Assembly (NCBI GenBank): GCA_012295275.1
Contig: CM022665.1
Coordinates: 31,310,001 to 31,374,000 of the forward strand
Length of the DNA stretch: 64,000 nucleotides
Reading direction: 5' to 3'
Source of the DNA: Chrysomallon squamiferum
Taxonomy: Eukaryota; Animalia; Mollusca
The notes beneath the pieces are model-generated. The model had not been told where the DNA came from. It worked only from the letters and a program-made list of their open reading frames with translations, and did no database searches. The position numbers and the translations under genes were made by a program. Positions 52,657-64,000 of the stretch are shown in pieces. Each line of letters starts with the position of its first letter. Position 1 is the first letter of the stretch.

Positions 52657-53989
52657 AAAAGGTGAAATATCGAGTAGAATCCTGGATCGGGCCAGAGTTT
52701 AGCTGGCCAACTCCAAACATGTGAAGTCCAAGGTAAACCAAATGTTAGAGAAAGAATTGAAACAAACTGCCTAGGCATGAATAACAGTAATCCAGGTGCA
52801 GAAGACAAAACACCAAGTTCACAATATCTATGATATTCTTGAAAAACACCTCAAAATATTTCTGTTTAAAAACAAATTAAAATTAAAAAATTGGCTAGCA
52901 TAATATTTTAGCATTAATTCTGAGTTAAGAAAGAAAATGCAATACATTTGAATTTTTTTCTTCTTTTTCTTTTTTCAATAAATAATTAACAATAAAAGAA
53001 CAGAAAATGGTTTTAGAATGTTAAAAATCCCATCCAAGCTTTCTGAATTTTTTTTTTTTTTTTTTTTAAAGTGACAAAGTAAATGCCTGACAGATTCTAG
53101 CAGCAGAAAAGTTATTTCATAGGTAAATCCCAGATGCCTGGTGTTTGCTAATGAGCTTGGCTCCAAGTTAACATTGGCACAGTCTTTCTATAACCTCACA
53201 ACTACAAAATGAAATAGGACTGACAATACCAAACATGCTGCTTCCCCGCTGCTAACAATGAGACTGAGTCCAGTGGGTATAATAGGAAGCACATGATAAG
53301 CAATGCCTGGCTAGCTGTGTATCAGTGATCTCAGGGCCAGTCCAATGTTTACACAGAGGGGATGTAACTTTGGCCTGTCTAATTTACAATCATTTGACAA
53401 TAAAATGCAACACCTGGACAAGAAGAAGAATTCACCAAAATTTTACATTTCTGTCTCTAACAACAATATTATCATTTCAACCATTCTATCAGCTATATTT
53501 TGCCTGTATTTATCTGTTCCTTAGCAGAATGATATATTTAAAATTGTAGTTAAAGAAAAATTTTGAAACTTCATAGTATGAAATAGGGGTTGGTCAAATG
53601 TTTTTGGTTTTATGTTCCAAAGCTCATCAAACTTCAAAGCATGAATTAGGGTTATGTCATTTTTTGTTTTATTTTAAATTGATAGTACTATATATTTAGA
53701 GTTTATACAAGATGAACTAAAATAAAATTTCATCTGACAAGTGTAAAAAAGAGAATGACAACAATACAAAACTTTTTTAATTATTGGCTTATACATAACT
53801 TGCAAAAACATCAAACATAATAATATTGTTTGCAGGAAAGCATAAATAGGAAGAATAACAACAATAAAGATAATAGAAAAAAAGGTAATAAAAAATAGAT
53901 TTTAAGTGTAATCAAAAAGATATATTTGTCAGTTGTTTGATGAATATAATTTAATCTTTTTTCATTTCACACTTTTTCAAGTGTGCATG

Positions 53990-53991
<2 letters not shown>

Positions 53992-54020
<29 letters not shown>
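53992..54020. repeat. (CA)n microsatellite
   Basis: Direct observation. Confidence 0.9.
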
Positions 54021-54023
<3 letters not shown>

Positions 54024-57000
54024 TATAAAAACTCGTAGAGACACACACATTCTCGTGCTCTTACCACATATACACACAATTAAATTCTGACTCATCCAGA
54101 CATTATTGATTACTTCTTCTTCCCTTCATTAACCTTGCACCTATAAAGTTTTAAACTTACTAAAGTAGACTAAGCATGAATGCAAACCAGGTTTTAATTC
54201 AAATTCCTGAATTGTTATTTCAGAATGTTAAATAAGAACTCATGAATTTTTCGATAATTAATGGAAATTTAGACATTATCAGTGTGTAAACTTTGTAATT
54301 AAAACAGCTCTTTTTATTTTCATATTGATTCAGCATCTACAGATCATTAACTCAGTATTTACCTGCAAGTATATCATCTCAAGATTTAATCATTACCAAA
54401 TGAAATATCATCTGTGCAAAATGCAGTCTAATAAGTCAGTGTTAACATGGTCAGCTTATCCTATTAGGAGTAAATTATTTGTTAAATTTTCTATTTCATG
54501 AACTAGTAAAACACATGAGTTTTGTTTTCTGAAATTCAACACTGCTTGTGACAAGCAGATCTGTAAAACAGGCTCAAGTTGCAGGATAGGCATGATGATG
54601 CTAACATATGGTTTAGTTTTGCCAAAATAAATTTTTGGAGAGTTTCTAATCTGGTTTTGGAATTATCTATTGCAATCAAAATTCTGTTTATAATTAATTC
54701 ACTTCCAGTTGACTCTTGAAAGTAAAAACAGAAAGATTTAAAAAAAATAATAATTTAAAGCTGTAAAAATGAAAAGAAAAAGCTTCCTTGAATAAAATCT
54801 GGAACTGATAATGTAGATTCATTATGAAGAGTTTTGGTTAATTATCGGATTTAGAGTTTTTAACAAGAAACCGCTGACAACCATTTTTCTTTTTAATCAA
54901 ATTCAGGCCAGATTCAAGTCTTAGCAGTGTACCATGGAGACAGTGGCCTTTGCAAACCAGGTCTGGTACCATATCCAAGAGTAACACATTTGAGTTAGAC
55001 TCAAACATTTTGATGTAGATTGAATTGTTCTGTATTGATAATAGCTATTTTGGAGGATTGATCCTATGGCCTTTCATATTTTAACCCTGGATTCTATTAC
55101 TAAGCTATAAGCAATTCATATGTTAATAATTTACTGTTGTATGCAAATGTAAAAAGGGGAGATAATCAACAAAAAAGAAAATTAATTTTTAATATGGTGA
55201 TAAAAGTAAACATTTTAAATACTGTTATATAAATATTAAACAAAATATAAAAAATATTGCAAGCATCTGTAACATATTCATATTATAATATTTTATATTT
55301 TTAGGAGTCCACATATCAATCTAGTTTTTATCTTTTTTATCTTTAAAAGTTGTTGTTTGATTACTTTACAAGGATGTTTTAAAACACAGATGGTCAACAA
55401 GCATACATATGCTTAAAAGAGAATAAATGAAACTGAATTTAATAATAAATGATTTCCTTCTATACACCAGATGTGTTTTTTTTTTTTTTTTCAAATAATG
55501 ATTAAAAAAATCCTAATAATTATTTCTGCTAACCTGACCATGACTGAAATTCTCATTATTTTAGTCTGTTCTGTGAACTCTGTGAAAATAAATGTGACAA
55601 CCTTATGAAGACTTGCTTTTTCCTTGAGGAATATGTTTTTTTTGTTTCAGACACTCTTGTTGTAAGATGAGTACTATAGACATCAGTTTATATTTCTGTT
55701 TCATTTACCTCTAAAGTTTCCACTCCTGTCAGTGGAAGATGGAATAAGATTAAATACATTCAGCTGTGGGTATAAAAACAACCTTAATTTACCTTTTTAA
55801 ACAGTTAATTTAAGTATACTCTCTAAATATACACTGATACAATTTTTCCCATATATATAAAAAATAATATAAGAAACAAAAGTTGAAAAGGAATGTAAGT
55901 TTTTGTTTTGTTTTTAAATGTCTGTATGTTTTTGTGTGTTTGTTTATATTTATATCTATATGCATATTTAATTTTAATATTTTTTAAGCTCACTGTCCTT
56001 AAACTGTAATGAAAAGAAAAAATAGCAAAATGAAACATAGAAAAAAACAAACAAAAACAAACACAGATAAAAAAAAAAAAAAAGACCACAAATAAACAAA
56101 TAATTAAATTAAAAAGATTCTTAACAGGAGTAGTGAAGTGTTAGCAGGTGGTTTTTTTTTTTTTTTTTTTTGTAGCATTATTACAAAACCAGAAACTAAA
56201 ATGTTTTGACATTTTAATTGGCCCTGTTAAAATGTTTTCAAACTTCTATTTATAGCTAAGGAATTATATATTCTCAATATTTTGTCAAAAATGAAAAATA
56301 AATGATTTTTCTTCTACTAAGTTTATTCAAATTACATCATTAATTGACCATTCTTCAATTTTATATAATATTTAAAACTTTCTTTTTTATGAGTTTAGGT
56401 ATAAAATGCAAACAACCCCTGCAATGTCAAAGACTGAGATTTTTTAAATTCAGTTTCCCCTTTCCAAAAGATTTTACATTATTGAATTAGAAACTTGTTA
56501 AGCAGTAAAATGTCCATGGAAAATGTCACTGACATTATTTATTTTTGTTTTGCTGTAGTCATTTTGTTAATTGCAGGGGTTGCATAACACAATACTAAAT
56601 TCAGAAACATTGTTTACATAATGACACTATCAACAACATTACTGATAGAAAAAAAATATTTTATTCATTACTCATATACTTTTTTTTTTTTTTTTTTATG
56701 CATTCATTTTGTTTTATTTGTTGACTGAGAATCAAAATGTCATGGAACAGCAAGGTTCTATGGAAACCTTCATTGCTTCATACTGTGAAATGTGGAGAAA
56801 CCAACTGAGTAGAAAATTGAACGATGGTGATTCCAATTAAGGTGAATTGAGTCCTGGGTGGAATGTGATTTTCAGTGAGAAATGAAAGGAAATAAATATA
56901 ACTAAATGATTTTGTAGCTGTGTATTCAATCTTAGTGGAATAAAATAGAAACAATCAGGTAACTGAAAAAAAAAAAATGAAGAAGAAATAAGATTCAGCA

Positions 57001-58325
57001 AAACCTCTTTTTCATCGTTCTCTTTTTAAAATGCATATATATGTATATGTGTATATATGTAATAAATCAATGAACTAATGCTTTTTCAGAAGACAAGTAT
57101 CAGTAGAAAAAGGTTCTGTAACATATTTATGTTTAAATAATCATAGAGAAAAAAAAAACCAAAACACAAAAACAACCATCCAACAATTCTGATAACAATT
57201 CTACAGAGAAGCTATAAAAATAAAGTATATTATGATAAATGTTGACACTGAATGTCTGTTAATTCTACACATTGGAGGATGTCAAACCTATAATAAAGCA
57301 CATCTCAGGGAATCAACAGCATTAGACAAAGATTTGTATCATAAGATTGAAAAACTGACATACATGACAATAGTTATCTCACATTCTAAGATCTATGTGT
57401 GTGTGGCAAGCTGTGATATACTGGTGATAGAAAAACGCAAAGACAGATTTAGTGATTTAACTTGCAGATATCCTTTTAGATTGGAACCACCACAGTCCAA
57501 AATGTCATCTTTGATGTACAGGGAAATTCAATAAATTGAAGTGCTATAAACCAAACAGAAGAAACCCAACTGTTAATATTTACCAAATGGCGGCCTGGGA
57601 TTATGGAACAGAAAGCAATAATTGCCCAGACCAATTGAAATAAAAACATAAAAATAATACTTCTTTTTATCAAAGGATTCTCGTAGATTTTCAATGAGTT
57701 ATAATCAATGTCTGAAGTGACTGTTTTATCGTATTAACAAACCAGCATGGCCGCATGAAGATAAGATGATCTGCCAGTTGGAAGGGATAGAATAATCTGT
57801 TAAAACTGTGTAGTGATGTGTGAGCCACACGATAAAGACTGAGTTATTATTATTATTGTTATTGTTTATTTGGTTAGCATTATTTTTTAAGGAAATGAAA
57901 TATTAGAATAGAATGTTACTGAATTAAATATATTAATAATAATAATAATAATAATCTGATTATACTCCATAACAATAAATGTAACTTAATTTATATTAAA
58001 AAAATTAACATTCATCAAACATTTAACTTTGAAAAATATTTTTACTATGGTATTAAAATAGAGGAGTATTAACTACATTATTAAATTTATCAATATAACT
58101 ACTTTTACCAATCTTTCTAAAATAAAAAAGTTATGTGTTTTCAAATTCATTTTTAAAAAATTTCAAAAGTAAACAAATCATTAACATTAACAAGCTTGAG
58201 ATAATTATACAGTATAAATAAAACAATGAAGTTACTGTATGGTCTTTTCAAAATGAACCAGTAACAATGAGTAAATCTTAACCAAACCTACCCTGTTGAT
58301 AAAGTGTAAATAATAATAATAATAC

Positions 58326-58334
58326 TAGTAGTAA

Positions 58335-58373
<39 letters not shown>

Positions 58374-58404
58374 AAATAGTAGTAGTAGTGGTAATAGTAG
58401 TAGT
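58326..58404. repeat. (TAG)n microsatellite
   Basis: Direct observation. Confidence 0.9.
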
Positions 58405-59021
58405 GATTATAAAATGGAAAAATATAAAATCATTTTTTTTTTTGAAAGTCCTCTGATAATTTGTCACAAAAAATTAACATATAGTAACATTTTAACTACA
58501 TATATTTTTAAATATCTGGTATATCTAATTTCTCTGAGTTCATCAATGATTGCAAAATCAATTTTTACTTTCCACTTCATCTAAATTTTTCGAAATCCCA
58601 AGACTGTTTTAATATTAGTGAAGCATCTTCTAGACTTCACAGTCTGATACCAGAACCATGTCTGTAGGTGTTCAGCAAATTTTGTCAAGAATAAAGATAG
58701 TCCAGAAAATTCAATAACTCATACAATGATCAGGTTCAATTCGTGATGAGATTTTCACGTCTTGATTTAAATAATGCACAGACAAGAAAAGATTAAATCC
58801 ACACAAAAAAACTTGGCTGATGGTGTGTTTGTAAATGTGTTGAGATTGCATTATTTATATTGGCTGAATTACAACCAACATGGAACATCTGATTTAGTAC
58901 CAATGTTGGTCACCCAAAGAAACAATTGTGCAATAAAAATTTAGTTCATGGAGTAAGCAGAAAAACAGAGTTAACAAAGGAAAATAGTTTCTTGTTTATT
59001 TTGAAATTAAAATTAAATAAA

Positions 59022-59057
<36 letters not shown>

Positions 59058-60777
59058 ACAAATAAATAAATAAATAAATTGTATATTAAAAATGTGTATT
59101 AAAACAGCAAAGTATAATGATAATAAAAATATTTATAAATTCTAAATTAATTAAATGGTGGAATACAACATACTTATATGAACCCATATTTTCAGTCTTC
59201 AAAGATCTGAAATTTGGTCAGAAGAAGCAAACATTTACAGCAAGATATGAATTAAAATAATGTCAGATTCTAGTTTTTCACATTATTTCCAGTTTCATAA
59301 ATAAATAACAAAAAAAACAAAAAAACCTCTGCTAATCCAACATTTAGCCAGACAATCAACAACTACAATAGTTTATTTCTGTTTGTAAACAGAGATGATA
59401 TAAATCTTCACATACACCTGACGGACTCTAACTCACAGAGAAGTATGTTGTGGCATTTCAATTACCTAAAACCAACAGTCCAAACAGAACATGAAAGACC
59501 TTGTAAGACTTCTCATCTCAACTTTCTGATTTACTGGAAACATTACATGCTCCACAAATTAGCAGATCTATGTCAGAGAAGTATTGGAGTATCTTTTACC
59601 AAGTTCTGTCAGATACAAGTGACTGACTCTTTTTGTGTGTAAGATGTGATATGTGAAAAAACAGAGTCAATGTTGATATCACTTTATTCTATTCTGTTTC
59701 ACAGACTTTGATTTTATGTGTCTGGGAATTTTAATTGTGGAGGCTCTGTATAAAGGCAAAATTTCAAAGATATATGGAATCAGTTTTGTCTTCTGTCTTT
59801 TAATAAAAATGGTGACTTTAATTCCACAGTATTTATGGCAAAGAATAAATAAATAAATAAATAAATTAACTAAAATTAAAATAATAGAAAAAATATAACA
59901 ACAATAATAATAGTTTAAAAATATATAATCCTTTTCATAGCAGCACTGATCTGAATTAAAACCAGATGATTCCTTTTTTCATGGTTACACCTTCAAGTTT
60001 TCACATTTTATTCATTTTTATAGTCAGCTACTGAATAATCATGTTTTAAATATTGTAAAGAGTATTTTCTATGAACTGTTTTTAAAAACCTAGCCAAATA
60101 ATGATAATTTTATTATAGCTGGAAAACAACACTAGTGATGAAACTATATATATATTTTTAAATTAAAAAAAAATTGAAAAAAAAGCAGAAGAAGACATTA
60201 GATTTAACAAATATAAATAACACAAAAAATATCACATTTGTAAATGTTTTATATTTTAATTATAAAAAGTGTTATCATCCATCATTTGTAAACTGTTGGT
60301 TTGCAAAAACTATAAAATTTCACTTTTTGTCCCTCTTAAAAACCTGGGGTATATAACTGAAGATACATTTATAAACAAAAAAAGAAGAAGAAGAATAAAC
60401 ATGTCAATACTTAAAATTTAAACCTATATAGATCTATCAGTGTGTTATTTAGTAAATTTTCAAACATACAACTTGAAAACAAAACAGAAATTAGATTATT
60501 GACAAAAACACTGTTCCAAATGGAACTGTAATGTGAGAGATGTGCATTTGGTTGCCAAGGTGACAAAAACTCCCTGTGGTTTATGTATGTTGATTAGCAG
60601 ATCAGCAGTTTTTGTTAGTGTATTCAAGTAATTATCAATCTCCCACAAGTAACTATAATTACAAAAAATACCCTGGTAATTTATGTCTATTAATTAATTG
60701 TTATACCTAATCATTAATATTATGATGCAAAGTAAAACACAACAGTTTAAAATAAAAACATTTCTCTGTTCTTAGGG

Positions 60778-60808
<31 letters not shown>

Positions 60809-61423
60809 CAGATAAACTATTCTTGAAAATGTTAAAATGATATTATTTGCAGTCTCCAGGGACACATTTAAAAATAGATTTTGACATTATAGTTATATAG
60901 TTTCAGGTTTGGAATTTAGATATTGCAAAAGCAGAAACCTATTGTTGCTAAGATAATAAAAAATTAAAATATGAACATTAAAAAAAAAAGCCGTATATTA
61001 TTTTCTGAAGTTAAACAACAAAATAAATAAATAAATAAATAAAAAAAAGAATAAAAAATATATAATGAAAAAATAAAACAATATAAAGTGCACGAAAAAA
61101 ATAAAAATAAAAATTAAATAAAAAATTAAATAAAAAAATAAGAAGAAAGAAAGAAAAAAGAAGATGAAAAATTAATAAATATAATTTAAAAAATCACAGA
61201 AAAATCATTTTAAATGTTCAATATTAAGAAAAAATAACATTACTTGACAAAGGATAAAAAAAAAAAAAAAAAATATGAATGAATTTTTCTAATTTTTGTT
61301 TTAATTAGAATTATGATACCAGGTAATTTATTAAAGTTTACTTGATGTATATCACATATATAAAAGGATAGGCAAATATATACGCCATCTCTTATTACAA
61401 GTATGGAATAAAAATAATGTTAC

Positions 61424-61495
61424 CTGCACAAAGCATATTGTATAGAAAGAATAGTGATTGCTGTAAGGTGGAGCAGTAGTTCTACCAATCATTAT
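61424..61495 (-). CDS. Candidate exon B, paralog of the adjacent candidate A: IMIGRTTAPPYSNHYSFYTICFVQ
   Basis: CAGTAG acceptor-like site, CAG|GTAACA donor, 72 nt, phase 0 to 0. Aligns codon by codon to 61550-61609. Confidence 0.35.
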
Positions 61496-61549
61496 CTACT
61501 GGCATGTTTTATCTATGATTAAAATTAAATAAATAAAAAATAGTGTTAC

Positions 61550-61678
61550 CTGTACTAAGTACATCCTGTGATTGTTATATGTTGGAAAGGCTGTCCTCCC
61601 AACCCTCATCTTCTGGTATGTTCTAGGTGTCACAGGGAACATTTGAAACTGGGCACGAGTACTTCTTAAAGGTTCCAT
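61550..61678 (-). CDS. Candidate alternative first coding exon A: MEPLRSTRAQFQMFPVTPRTYQKMRVGRTAFPTYNNHRMYLVQ
   Basis: AATATGG Kozak context, 43 open codons, CAG|GTAACA donor in phase 0. Non-low-complexity sequence in an AT-rich background. Confidence 0.45.
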
Positions 61679-62991
61679 ATTAAATATTTTCCCACTACCT
61701 GTGTCTTTCAACTGTTTGTCACTTCACAGAGAACAGATTTTAGCCAAAAAGTGATATACTAACAAAAATCTTCTTCTTTGCAAATATGTAAGGTGATAGT
61801 GCTTATGGTAATCTATTCATTAGCAAATTATTTTCCAAATTGTTCTCACACTGTTGAATGTGTATTCTTCTGTGTATCAATTATACTACTCGGTGTAGTA
61901 TCAGGGGTTTTAGTCAAAAAGTAGTAAAGGAGTAAAATAAAAATTATCAGTTGTTCATTTTAAGAAAACACTTTAGTTACAGTCAGCAAATTCCTGTAAT
62001 CTTAAAATGTTATCAGTCAAACAAGAAAACAGAAGTTAAAAAAAAAAGAAGAAAAGAAAAATGCCAGAGTAAAAATAAAAAGAAAGGCTCCTCTGATAAA
62101 GTCATACTGCACTGCAGAAGTACTTTTGCAGTCTTTTTGAACTTCTTGAAACCAAACCATAAAAACTCCCAGACAAATGAAAATTGAAAAGAACAAAAAA
62201 ACAAAAACATCTAAAAAAATTAAAGAAGGTAATTATAATCAGAACTAAGTCAGATGAAACAGTAATTCCAATCTGTTTTGTACCTTACTCAAAGTGACAT
62301 CAAACAAACAGAACAACAGACATCCATTTGTCAATCAGTCAACATGTGTGTTTTTTCCTTCTGAAATCATTTCAGCATGGAAAAAAGTCCACAAACTCCA
62401 CACAAGTGAAGAACTCTGTCAAGCAGTCTTCATCTCCACACAATTTTTCCAATGAATAAAAACATCTCTATTATGTAAAGATCAGGAATTAAGCAGTCTG
62501 ATTTCTGCCTAGAAGGCACCACAATGGTCACATTGTGTGATGGGCTTTGATGAAATTACCAAGCAGGTAAAATGATCAAGATGGATATAATCAATAAAGA
62601 ATGGCTCTAGGCAACAAGTACATGACGACCCACTACGATCATGTCAAAACTGGCATCTGCTAATGAGCAGTACTCTGCAACGGCGGTACTTGGTAGTAAC
62701 GACAACAACAACATGAATGAGAATAAAGTAAACAGAAATCATACATCAGAGTCAATTTTCATGCAAGTGGTTCTGTGAAATGGAAATATCTATACAATCC
62801 AGAAATCTATTTGGTCAGTAATGATGCTTCTTACATAAAAAGAAAAAATGCAGGTAATAAATTTTGATTTTATATGATGAAGGTGGTTACAAAGAAAAAA
62901 TATTTTCATTATGAATACAAAAAACAAGAGTTACTGACATTCAGAGAGAGAAAAGAATATTAAATAAATCAAATAAAAATTAAAGGATTCT

Positions 62992-62993
<2 letters not shown>

Positions 62994-63029
<36 letters not shown>

Positions 63030-63032
63030 TGT
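62994..63032. repeat. (TG)n microsatellite
   Basis: Direct observation. Confidence 0.9.
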
Positions 63033-63757
63033 GCATGCATGCATACATGTATTAATTAAATAAATAAAAGTTTAAGAAAGTATTTTTCTTCAAAATTTTA
63101 TATTTATACTTTTTTATCAACTGATATATTGTTAACTTAAAAAAAGAAAAAAAGAAAAGAAAAGAATAACAATAATTAAAAACATATAAAAAAAATAATA
63201 AAATAAATAAAAATAAATAAAAACCTTTCAAATAATTAATAAGAGAGATTGAATAAAAAAGAAATGAATGATCCCACAAGATCAGAGTAACAAAAAATAA
63301 AATACATAAAGAAGTGAAATGAAATCATATCGATGGAAACCACTGTTCAGACAATGGTACTTTTGTGCTGTGATTAATTATATACAAAATGTGTAGCTTC
63401 AGTCAAAATTGAAATGTGCTGATTTGAACCTATCAATATACACTAATTCCCTATGTAAGTGATTAATTTTTTATGAAATGATACTTCAAGAGGTAGCATT
63501 GTTTTGATACCACAGTAAAGAATAGACTGCTAACAAAATAACTGCAGAAGCTCTACATAATACATTATTTACCAACTTCCACCTCTATGAATCTTTTGCT
63601 TGTAAAATACATTTGCCTAAGATTTAATTATAAATCAATGGCAACAATATATGTTGAGAGAAAGAGAGAGAGATAGACATAGACAGAGAGAGAGAGAGAG
63701 AGAGAGGGAAGGAAAGATAAAATAGAAATTGATGCCTACTATATTTTTTTAAGTACA

Positions 63758-63799
<42 letters not shown>

Positions 63800-64000
63800 C
63801 CTTTATATTGCAATAATATTGCACATCTTTCATCCACTGTTAAAGTTTTATTCATGGTTTATATTTTGATCATTTGCTTAGATCCCAAGAGAGATCATTA
63901 TATATTCTACAATAAAAAGCAACTCAGCAATAAACAAAATATTTAATATGTCTTGATCATTCACAGCATCCAACAAGTCAGTGATCAACTGCCATCCCTT

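Noticed and set aside
57232-57534. Plus-strand 100-aa ORF (likewise 40691-41095) as a nested gene
   Set aside because: No recognisable domain or consistent splice structure; the length is within chance expectation for 64 kb.
62289-62300. ATG followed by a GTAAGG donor
   Set aside because: Reads MSL-stop before the donor, so it cannot be a coding first exon.

Overview
AT-rich, microsatellite-rich animal genomic DNA. An invertebrate, possibly mollusc-like, origin is inferred from composition and protein sequence only. The minus strand carries the 3' part of a dystrophin-family gene as 21 GT-AG exons from 30398 down to the window edge. They splice in frame and correspond to human DMD exons 56-76: last spectrin repeats, WW, EF-hands, ZZ zinc finger and C-terminal coiled coil. 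No spectrin-repeat exon was recognised in the 33.6 kb upstream (30399-64000), which matches the intron that holds the vertebrate Dp116 first exon. That region contains several ATG-initiated segments ending in phase-0 donors, including a tandem-duplicated pair with codon-like divergence. They suggest a bank of alternative first exons for short Dp116-like isoforms. Also seen: a candidate 33-nt cassette exon at the exon-71 position with downstream GCATG (RBFOX) enrichment, tandem duplications of exon-tail/donor junctions, a perfect 27-bp hairpin, minisatellites and decayed SINE-like fragments. All alternative exons are sequence-based predictions without transcript support. Human exon sizes are quoted from memory.
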